From an uncultured bacterium (lineage in GTDB: Bacteria > Verrucomicrobiota > Kiritimatiellia > RFP12 > UBA1067), in assembly GCA_902763655.1 (NCBI GenBank), contig CACWSW010000002.1, forward strand, positions 10,519-74,518: a stretch of DNA of 64,000 nt, read 5' to 3'. Positions 1-7,083 of this stretch are shown in pieces. A program made the translations under genes and the position numbers. The first letter of the stretch is position 1; each line of letters begins with the position of its first letter. The notes under the pieces are model-generated. The model saw nothing but the letters and a program-made list of their open reading frames with translations, was not told where the DNA came from and did no database searches.

Positions 1-2203
1 TCACGCGGAGCGCGGTGATCTCCATCTCGGGAAACGAATGCACGCGGTGGCGCAGAAAGTTTTCCTGCTCTTCCGCCAGCGTCCGCCACGTGCCGCCCGC
101 AAGACCTTCCACCCGGTACACCTTCGCCAGGCACTTCGGCATCCGCACCTTCACCCGCATCGGCGTCAGGTCGGTGTCGAAGGTCAGACGCACCTCGTGC
201 GCCTTCACGGATTTCGGGAAATCAAGGCGTACCGCCTGCGGCAGCGGCTGCGACCTGTCGGACACCCATCCGTGCACGCAATCGCCGACCTGGCGCGCGA
301 TGCCGTCTATGATGCCGTCCGGCATGCCGCTCGTCGCCGACACGCGTGCGCTGCGCGCATGATCGCGCGTGTCGCCGTTCGCAAGCTCGGGAATGTAGTG
401 GTCGTCCTTGAGGAGTAGCTGCTGCAGCTCGCCGATGCGTGTCCACCCCAGTTCGCGTGGCGTGAGGCCGTGCCGGATGCAGAGCGCCGCCGCCGTGCCT
501 GCGGCCTGTCCTGCCGCCATCTGCGTGCCCTGCACGCGCATCGAGCCGAGCGCGATGTGCGTCATGCTCTGGCAGCGCGATCCGATGAGCAGGTTCGGGA
601 CGTCCGCCGAGTAGAGCGAGCGGAACGGCACCGAGTAGATCGGCACGCCCATGTGCGGATGCCACCAGCCGTCGCCATGAGGGTTATCCATGCCAAGGGG
701 ATCGTGCGTGTCGAGCGACCAGCCGCCGTACGTCACGCGGTCAGGGAACATCCGCGCGTCCCGGCAGTCGTTCGCCGTCAGCACGTAGTCGCCCACGATG
801 CGCATGCCCTCGCGCCGTCCGTTGAAGATGGAAGGCGGGACGAACGCGTAGTGCTGCACCTTGTGCGCCGGACCATCCGGCCATTCGTTGCGCACGTATC
901 CCCAGTAGCCGAAGCAGATGCGGATCAAGTGGTCGCGCGCGGCCTCGGGATCCTCCAGGTCGTCGATGCGCCCAGGCGCCTCCAGCCACCACGGGCGACC
1001 CAGTCCCGGCACCTTCCGGTCGAAACCCTTCGGCATCACGCGCGCCCAGACGGGCGTCTCGTACGGTTGCTCGCGGTCCGTGCGTCGGCTCAGTCCCGTC
1101 GTGAGCGTGCCGCTCATCGTGAGCCGGTCCGCGACCTTCGGCGCGATCCACTCCTCTCCGAACTCGCTGCCCGCCTCCCGGCCGTACATCGTGCGCGCCT
1201 CGGCGAAGTGCCCGATCCAGCCGTCGCCGGTGGAATCGACGAAAATCCGCCCGCGCCAGCGCGTCCAGCGCCCGGTCAGCGTGTTGCGCGAGAGGACGGC
1301 GGCGATCCGCGCGCCGTCCTTCTCCACGCGCATCACGCGCTCGTTGCGGAAGAGCGAAAGGCTCGGGCTCTTGCGCGCCATCTCCTCGAACGCGCCGGTG
1401 TAGCCCTTGCCACGATAGACCTTCGTGAGGCGCAGTTCCTCCACCACGCCCGTCTCGCGCGCGTTCTTCTTGCCTAGCGACGCGCCGTCGAACCCGATGC
1501 CGCACTCGTCGCTCGCGTTGCCGCCGGGGATCGGGCGGTCGAACACGAGAGCCACGCGCGCGCCGTTCCGCGCCGCGCCGAGCGACGCGCCCATGCCGCC
1601 AGGCCCGGCGCCGACGACGACCACGTCGTACGACCCGCCGTCGGCGACCGTCGCCGGCTCGCCCTTGAACCGCCGCCGCTCCGCGCCGTCGGGGTCGTCG
1701 TCAGACGGCACGAACGAGAGGTCTTCCGCGAGCAGCACCGCGTCGCAGCGCGCATACGCGCCGGAGAGGTCGCGCAGGGCCAGCTCCGTCTCGCCGGCCT
1801 TCAGCTTGAAGTCGCCGACGTTTTCCCAGCCCCAGCCTTTCTTCGACTCTCCCAGCACCTTGCCGCGCCGGCCGTCCACCTCCAGCGCAAAACGTCCGGG
1901 CGAGAATTCGGGCAGCCAGTCCTTCGTGCGCGCCCACACGCGCCACGTGCCTGCGCGCGGAATCAATATGGTCGTGCGTGCGACTTTCGGTCTGGGCGTG
2001 TTCGCGCCCGGACAGATCAGGTACGCGCTTCCCATCTTGTGGGTGAACTGAGTGTCCACCTCCCAGTCCCCGCGCTCGGCGAAGTCCTCGGCTTCTATCC
2101 AGATGAATCCTGGCACGTGTTCCGCGCCCGATGCGGCCAAGGCCGCCATCCCGCAGATGGCGCACACGACGGGAAACGCACGGACATTCTGGAAAGCGCT
2201 CAT
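1..2203 (-). CDS. Secreted FAD-dependent oxidoreductase family protein (partial; C-terminus runs off the left edge)
   Basis: Absent from the ORF track because it has no in-window stop. My own translation from ATG 2203-2201 stays open to position 2. An AAGGAG RBS lies on the complement of 2212-2217. N-terminus MSAFQNVRAFPVVCAICGMAALAASGAEH looks like a signal peptide. YDVVVVGAGPGGMGASLGAARNGARVALV is a GxGxxG Rossmann dinucleotide fold. Further motifs: IFVDSTGDGW and GSRCQSMTHIALGSMRVQGTQMAAGQAAG. Frame spot-checked at 1660-1681 (ERRRFKG). Confidence 0.75.
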   Translation of the reverse strand, partial: MSAFQNVRAFPVVCAICGMAALAASGAEHVPGFIWIEAEDFAERGDWEVDTQFTHKMGSAYLICPGANTPRPKVARTTILIPRAGTWRVWARTKDWLPEFSPGRFALEVDGRRGKVLGESKKGWGWENVGDFKLKAGETELALRDLSGAYARCDAVLLAEDLSFVPSDDDPDGAERRRFKGEPATVADGGSYDVVVVGAGPGGMGASLGAARNGARVALVFDRPIPGGNASDECGIGFDGASLGKKNARETGVVEELRLTKVYRGKGYTGAFEEMARKSPSLSLFRNERVMRVEKDGARIAAVLSRNTLTGRWTRWRGRIFVDSTGDGWIGHFAEARTMYGREAGSEFGEEWIAPKVADRLTMSGTLTTGLSRRTDREQPYETPVWARVMPKGFDRKVPGLGRPWWLEAPGRIDDLEDPEAARDHLIRICFGYWGYVRNEWPDGPAHKVQHYAFVPPSIFNGRREGMRIVGDYVLTANDCRDARMFPDRVTYGGWSLDTHDPLGMDNPHGDGWWHPHMGVPIYSVPFRSLYSADVPNLLIGSRCQSMTHIALGSMRVQGTQMAAGQAAGTAAALCIRHGLTPRELGWTRIGELQQLLLKDDHYIPELANGDTRDHARSARVSATSGMPDGIIDGIARQVGDCVHGWVSDRSQPLPQAVRLDFPKSVKAHEVRLTFDTDLTPMRVKVRMPKCLAKVYRVEGLAGGTWRTLAEEQENFLRHRVHSFPEMEITALRV

Positions 2204-2255
2204 AAGGCAAGCTCCTTTTGGCAAGTTGGGCGTATCTTACCACCGCCCTCTCCCG

Positions 2256-2271
2256 CTTGTCAATTGACAAG
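2256..2271. promoter_or_regulatory. Perfect 16-bp palindrome CTTGTCAATTGACAAG (candidate operator / back-to-back -35 hexamers)
   Basis: The two halves are exact reverse complements, and TTGACA reads outward on both strands. On the minus strand a TAAGAT -10-like hexamer (complement of 2234-2239) follows after 18 nt. Next come the AAGGAG RBS and ATG 2203 of the FAD oxidoreductase gene. Confidence 0.4.
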
Positions 2272-2278
2272 TCGGCGG

Positions 2279-2643
2279 AAGTCGGCGGGCCGCCCGATAG
2301 GGGTGCCGCTGGAAGTTGGCGGACCGCCCGATAGGAATTTCATTTTCCAGTGGGCGGGCCGGGACCACCGGGACCACCGAGACCACCGGGAAATGGCAAG
2401 CCAGGCTTGCGCTCTTTGCAATTGGCCCGTAGCCTATTCCTGGCGCGAAGCACCTCCCAGGCGCAATCCCGGCGGTCCCGGTGGTCTCGGCGGTCCCGGT
2501 AGCAGGCACTTGCCCCGCGAAGCGGCCTAGCGCCTACCCGGCCATCGGCCTGTGCCTTGTCACGCGAAGCGGCCTAGCGCCTACCCGGCCATCGGCCCGC
2601 TGCCGCAAAATCCCTTCACCTTTCACCTTTCACCATTCACCCT
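2279..2643. repeat. Mosaic of short direct and inverted repeat families in a divergent intergenic region
   Basis: Direct repeat AAGT(C/T)GGCGG(G/A)CCGCCCGATAGG at 2279-2301 and 2313-2335. GGACCACCG-unit array at 2359-2390, with its inverted partner CCCGGCGGTCCCGGTGGTCTCGGCGGTCCCGG at 2468-2499. 35-nt direct repeat CGCGAAGCGGCCTAGCGCCTACCCGGCCATCGGCC at 2516-2550 and 2563-2597. CACCTTTCA-unit array at 2613-2643. Confidence 0.85.
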
Positions 2644-2663
2644 CCATGTGCTATACTTGGCGC

Positions 2664-3581
2664 ATGACAACGGAATGGATAGACCTTCAGATAAACGGCT
2701 ACGGCGGAATCGACTTCAATTCCGCCGGCCTCACGGCGGACATGGTGAAGTCGGTCACGCGGCGGCTGGCGGCGGACGGCACCGCCGCCTACCTGCCAAC
2801 GTTCGTCACCGGCGACCCGGACGTCGCCTGCGCGAACCTGCGCGCGATATCGGAGGCGCGCCGCACGGACGCCGAGTGCCGCGAGCGAATACTGGGCGTC
2901 CACCTGGAAGGCCCCTTCATCTCGCCCGAGCTAGGCGCGGTCGGCTCGCATCCCATCGAATGGGTGCATGCGCCCGACCTCGCGCTCTTCGACCGCTACC
3001 AGGAGGCGGCGGACGGCGCGGTGCGGCTCGTGACGGTGGCGGCGGAGATCGATGGCATGCCTGCCTTCGTGAAGGAGCTCGTCTCGCGCGGGATCACGGT
3101 CTCGCTCGGGCACCAGATGGCGGCGACGCCTGCGGAGATCGAGCCGTGCATCGCCGCGGGGGCCACGGCGTTCACGCACCTCGGAAACGGCATCCCCAAC
3201 ATGATCCCTCGCCACGGCAACATCGTGATGACGGCGCTTGCCGAGGACCGCGCCACCGTCATGTTCATCCCGGACGGGCACCATCTCCCGGACACGATGC
3301 TGAAGGTTTATTGCCGGGCGGTTCCACTCTCGCGCCTCGTGGCGGTATCCGACGCCCAGTACCCCGCCGGGATGCCGCCGGGCGAATACGAGGTCTGCGG
3401 CGCGCACGCGCGCCTGGAACCTAACGGCCTCCTGTGGAACCCTGCGCGCAACTGCCTAGTGGGCGCCACCACGCCCATGGCGGCGATGATGCGCCTGCTG
3501 CGAGAGCGGATCGGCCTCTCCGACGCCGAGCTCGAGGCCATCGGACGGGACAACCCCCTGCGGCTGATACGCGCCGGTTGA
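2664..3581 (+). CDS. nagA: N-acetylglucosamine-6-phosphate deacetylase-like amidohydrolase (short form, lacks the N-terminal beta-sandwich)
   Basis: ATG 2664 lies inside track ORF 2481..3581; the upstream part of that ORF is repeat sequence. Motifs line up with my recollection of E. coli NagA: DLQINGYGGIDFN (DVQLNGCGGVQFN), AYLPTFVTGD (NYLPTLITTS), GVHLEGPFISPE (GLHLEGPWLN), VSLGHQMA (VSAGHSNA), FTHLGNGIP (ATHLYNAMP). Confidence 0.65.
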   Translation: MTTEWIDLQINGYGGIDFNSAGLTADMVKSVTRRLAADGTAAYLPTFVTGDPDVACANLRAISEARRTDAECRERILGVHLEGPFISPELGAVGSHPIEWVHAPDLALFDRYQEAADGAVRLVTVAAEIDGMPAFVKELVSRGITVSLGHQMAATPAEIEPCIAAGATAFTHLGNGIPNMIPRHGNIVMTALAEDRATVMFIPDGHHLPDTMLKVYCRAVPLSRLVAVSDAQYPAGMPPGEYEVCGAHARLEPNGLLWNPARNCLVGATTPMAAMMRLLRERIGLSDAELEAIGRDNPLRLIRAG

Positions 3582-3590
3582 CGGATGCCC

Positions 3591-3619
3591 TTCAACCCGC
3601 CAGATCTTTATGGTATAAT
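3591..3619 (+). promoter_or_regulatory. Sigma70-type promoter for exbB operon (-35 TTCAAC, 17-nt spacer, extended -10 TGGTATAAT)
   Basis: TTCAAC at 3591-3596 and TATAAT at 3614-3619, with TG two nt upstream of the -10. GGAG RBS at 3633-3636. ATG at 3646. Confidence 0.55.
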
Positions 3620-3645
3620 CACCTTCGCAAACGGAGAAATGTAAC

Positions 3646-4374
3646 ATGGTTGATTTTTTTGCAAGTTCGCTCATCAACGGCTTCATGCAGTCGAGCATGA
3701 TGGGCAAGGGCATCGTGCTGATACAGCTGGCCACGTCCATCGTGATGCTGGCCGCGGTCTTCAGCAAGTGGAAGAGCCTGGCGTCGGCCGGGATGATGAC
3801 GCGGCGCATCGGACGCGACGTGATGGGCGGGCGCGAGGTGCTGGACTACTACACGGCCCGCCACGACAGCACGCACTCCGCGATCGAGAACATCTACATC
3901 GCCACGTGCGAGCGCCTGCTGAAGCTCTTCGCGCCGGACGTGCGCACCATGCTCGTGGGGCGCCAGCCGGGGGCGAGCTCGATCGCCGCGCTCACCGCCA
4001 ACGAGGTCGGCCTCGTGAAGGCGCTGTGCGAGCACGTGCTGGAGGAGGAGGAGATCCGCCTCGAGAAAGGCATGGGGCTCATCTCCACCGTCGTCGCGCT
4101 CGCGCCGATGCTCGGCCTGCTCGGCACTGTGTGGGGCGTGCTTGACGCCTTCGCGGACATGGGCGCCGCCGGCACCGCGACGATCGCGACGATGGCCCCC
4201 GCCATCTCGTCCGCCCTCGTCACGACGGTCGTCGGCCTCCTCATCGCCATCCCCGGCGTCGCGCTGCACTCGAACCTGTCGTCCAAGCTCCGCGACCTGA
4301 TGTCCGACCTCGAGGGCTTCGCCGACGACCTTATGGGCCGCATCGCGCTCGAGTTCCAGGGAAGGAGCGCCTGA
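3646..4374 (+). CDS. exbB: MotA/TolQ/ExbB family proton channel
   Basis: Three predicted TM segments. C-terminal core LGLLGTVWGVLDAFADMG...APAISSALVTTVVGLLIAIPGVALHSNL is typical of ExbB/TolQ. Followed by ExbD-like and TonB-like genes. Confidence 0.85.
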   Translation: MVDFFASSLINGFMQSSMMGKGIVLIQLATSIVMLAAVFSKWKSLASAGMMTRRIGRDVMGGREVLDYYTARHDSTHSAIENIYIATCERLLKLFAPDVRTMLVGRQPGASSIAALTANEVGLVKALCEHVLEEEEIRLEKGMGLISTVVALAPMLGLLGTVWGVLDAFADMGAAGTATIATMAPAISSALVTTVVGLLIAIPGVALHSNLSSKLRDLMSDLEGFADDLMGRIALEFQGRSA

Positions 4375-4790
4375 TGAGCCGACGCAGCAGACGCGGCGCG
4401 CGCACGGGCGTCGGGAAGGCGTCGATCGACATGAACTCGCTGATCGACCTCACCTTCCTCCTGCTCGTCACGTTCATCCTAACCATCCCCGCGCTGGAGC
4501 AGGGCATCACGATAATGCTTCCGCGCGCGAAGACCGACCTTCTGCCGAACAAGAACAACAAGGCGAACACCATCACGCTCGACGTCAACCACAAGCTTTT
4601 CCTAAACGACGTGCCCACCACGCTGGACGAGCTTGAGAACACGCTGAAGGAGAAGGTGGCGCTGGACCCGGACGTGCCCGTGCTGGTGCGGGGCGACGAG
4701 CGGCTGGAATACGGAGAGGTGATGGACGTGGTGAAGGTCGTCTACAAGTGCCAGGTCCGCAAGATGGCGTTGGTGACGGTGGAGAAGTAG
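4374..4790 (+). CDS. exbD: ExbD/TolR biopolymer transport protein
   Basis: TGATG overlap with the exbB stop. Contains the N-terminal TM segment LIDLTFLLLVTFILT and the periplasmic domain VLVRGDERLEYGEVMDVVKVV. Confidence 0.85.
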   Translation: MSRRSRRGARTGVGKASIDMNSLIDLTFLLLVTFILTIPALEQGITIMLPRAKTDLLPNKNNKANTITLDVNHKLFLNDVPTTLDELENTLKEKVALDPDVPVLVRGDERLEYGEVMDVVKVVYKCQVRKMALVTVEK

Positions 4791-4796
4791 GATCCC

Positions 4797-5645
4797 ATGC
4801 AACTGGGAACGTACATGGAGAGGCAGAGGGGAACCGAGAGCGTGCTGAACGCGCGCGCTCTGGGCTATGCCTTGGCCGTGCACCTGGCGCTATTCGTCTT
4901 CTTCTGGGGGATGGCCAAGTTCGCGTTCCGCAGGCCGGACGTGGTGATCCCCATCGACATGACGATCGTCCCCCCGTGGGCGGAGCAGACGGACGATCCC
5001 GATCCCGACCCCAACCCTCCGCCGAAGCCCGAGGAGGCGAAACCGGAGCCGAAGCCGCAAGTGAAGGAGCCGGAGCCGAAGATCGAGCAGCCCAAGGTTG
5101 ATGCCGTCGAGCAGGTGAAGGAGAAGCCCAAGCCCAAAGAGAAGCCAAACCTGCGCGAAAAGGCGAAGCTAATCAAGACGCCGCCGAAGCCGAAGGAGAA
5201 GCTCGACCTGCGCAAGAACGCGAAGAAGATTGACGCGCCGCCCATGAAGAAGACAGGCAAGGCCACCGCCCACGACAAGCCGCTTTCGCCGGAGGAATTC
5301 ATGCGGAAGATGAACGAGGGCTACCGCATCGGCGCGCGTAACCAGCTCGCCACTAGCGAGGAGCAACGGTGTGTGAGCCTCATAGCGCAGGCGATCAAGC
5401 GAGAGTGGAACAAGGAATCGTTCAAGTGGTATCCCGGCCTCAAGCCGCTCCAAGTATCACTCAAGCTAGGGCCAGGCGGCAGCGTGCGCGGCTTCACCAT
5501 CCTCGTCGGCAGCGGCGATGCGGACGTGGATCGCACCGCGCGCAGCGCGCTCAACCGTCTCAAGTCCATCCCAGGCCTTTCCGCCACCTTCCTCGAAAAC
5601 TTCCCCGAGATCGCGCTACTCATGGAGCCGACCCAGGGCGAGTAA
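4797..5645 (+). CDS. tonB: TonB-like energy transducer (TM anchor, Pro/Lys/Glu-rich spacer, C-terminal domain)
   Basis: TM segment LGYALAVHLALFVFFWG. Spacer PDPDPNPPPKPEEAKPEPKPQVKEPEPK. Compact C-terminal domain. Sits third after exbB and exbD. A TolA-like role is not excluded. Confidence 0.65.
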   Translation: MQLGTYMERQRGTESVLNARALGYALAVHLALFVFFWGMAKFAFRRPDVVIPIDMTIVPPWAEQTDDPDPDPNPPPKPEEAKPEPKPQVKEPEPKIEQPKVDAVEQVKEKPKPKEKPNLREKAKLIKTPPKPKEKLDLRKNAKKIDAPPMKKTGKATAHDKPLSPEEFMRKMNEGYRIGARNQLATSEEQRCVSLIAQAIKREWNKESFKWYPGLKPLQVSLKLGPGGSVRGFTILVGSGDADVDRTARSALNRLKSIPGLSATFLENFPEIALLMEPTQGE

Positions 5646-5676
5646 CTGATTCCATAAAAGCCAAGGAGATAGCGAC

Positions 5677-7059
5677 ATGCTGCTGACAAGACGATCCTTC
5701 ATCGAAACATCCGCCGGGACCGCCGCCGCGTTAGCGGTGCCGGGATGCGCCACCGCCGCGCTGGACGCAGCGGCGCCCGTGGAGATCCTTACGAAGACGC
5801 ACTTTGCAAAACCTGGCTCTAAGCTCCGCATGGGCTTCATCGGCTCCGGCGGGCGTGGCGGCGCGAACCTCAACGAGTTCTTCAACCTAGGCGAGGAGAT
5901 CGTGGCGCTGTGCGACGTGGACGCCACCCGCCTAGACGCCGCCGCGAAGAAGGTCGCCTCTCGTTGTCCGAAGGCCCGCCGCTACCGCGACTGGCGCGAC
6001 ATGCTCGACAAGGAGAAGGACCTCGACGCCGTGGTCGTCTCCACGCCCGACCACATGCACGCCGCCGCCGCCATCGCCGCCATGAAGCGCGGCCTGCACG
6101 TCTACGTGGAGAAGCCGCTCGTGCGCACCTTCTTCGAGGCCGAGCGGTTCCGCAAGGTTGCGGAGGCTTGCGGCGTAGTCACGCAGATGGGCAACAACGG
6201 CAACGGCACCGACGGACAGCGCCGCAACATCGAGATACTCCAGAGCGGCGTCCTCGGCGAAGTCTCGGAGATCCACGTCACCACCGACCGTCCCATCTGG
6301 CCGCAGGCGATCAACCGCCCCGAGGGGAGCGACACCATTCCCGACACCTTCGACTGGAACCTCTGGCTAGGCGTCGCTCCGAAACGCCCCTTCAAGAAGA
6401 ACGTCTACCATGCCTTCAAGTGGCGCGGCTGGTTCGACTTCGGCACCGGCGCGATGGGAGACATCGCGTGCCACGCCATGAGTTTCTTCTGGCGCGGGCT
6501 CGCGCTCGAGCGCGTCGTCTCCGTGGAGACGATCCAGTCGACGCCGAAGTTCTCCGAGACGTACCCCGCCGCGACGACCGTCAAGCTCGTCGTCACCTCG
6601 GCCCGCCAGAAGAAGCCGGTCGAGATATACTGGTACGACGGCAAGACCGGTCCCGCGGAGGCGACGGCCCGACGCCTGACAGACGGCGTGATGTCTTCCC
6701 TCGGCGGCACCACGGTCGTCGGCGCGAACGGCATCCTGCGCGGCGGCACGCTGATGATGAAGGGCGAGCGCAAGTTCATCCGCTGGCAGGACCATCCCGC
6801 CACGCGCGAGCTGCCCGTCACGCTCCCGCGAGTGAAGAACCACCACTGGGAATTCGCCGAGGCGGTGCGCGGCGGCGCGAAGCCGTTCTCGCACATCGAC
6901 CATTCCGTGCCGCTCACGGAGGCAGTCCTCCTCGGCTGCATCTCGCAGCGCGTGGCCGGCAAGCTCGACTGGGACGCCGCCAAGGGCCGCTTCTCAAACA
7001 GCGACGAGGCCAACGCCCTTCTCGCGCCATATGTCCGTCCCGGCTGGGAAATCGGCTGA
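5677..7059 (+). CDS. Tat-signal Gfo/Idh/MocA family oxidoreductase
   Basis: Twin-arginine leader MLLTRRSFIETSAGTAAALAVPG. Rossmann segment LRMGFIGSGGRGGANL. STPDHMHAAAAIAAMKRGLHVYVEKPL is the family signature region. AAGGAGA RBS. Confidence 0.85.
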   Translation: MLLTRRSFIETSAGTAAALAVPGCATAALDAAAPVEILTKTHFAKPGSKLRMGFIGSGGRGGANLNEFFNLGEEIVALCDVDATRLDAAAKKVASRCPKARRYRDWRDMLDKEKDLDAVVVSTPDHMHAAAAIAAMKRGLHVYVEKPLVRTFFEAERFRKVAEACGVVTQMGNNGNGTDGQRRNIEILQSGVLGEVSEIHVTTDRPIWPQAINRPEGSDTIPDTFDWNLWLGVAPKRPFKKNVYHAFKWRGWFDFGTGAMGDIACHAMSFFWRGLALERVVSVETIQSTPKFSETYPAATTVKLVVTSARQKKPVEIYWYDGKTGPAEATARRLTDGVMSSLGGTTVVGANGILRGGTLMMKGERKFIRWQDHPATRELPVTLPRVKNHHWEFAEAVRGGAKPFSHIDHSVPLTEAVLLGCISQRVAGKLDWDAAKGRFSNSDEANALLAPYVRPGWEIG

Positions 7060-7083
7060 CGGCTCAGGTACAAAAAAGGAGAC

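Noticed and set aside
470-1477. Long ORFs on both strands over 1-2270 (for example 470..1477 +, 741..1505 -, 1701..2270 -). Similar ones occur elsewhere: 5910..7208, 6994..7914, 16710..18320, 19303..20316, 23221..24927, 29519..30757, 58751..60625, 61646..63457.
   Set aside because: Their Arg/Ala/Gly/Pro/His-dominated translations lack motifs. They overlap frames that encode clearly recognisable proteins. They are typical high-GC shadow ORFs.
2516-2597. Possible CRISPR array. Direct repeats occur here and at 16724-16791 and 38758-38874.
   Set aside because: Each has only two copies. The spacers (12-13 nt or none) are far too short, some copies lie inside ORFs, and there are no cas genes in the window.
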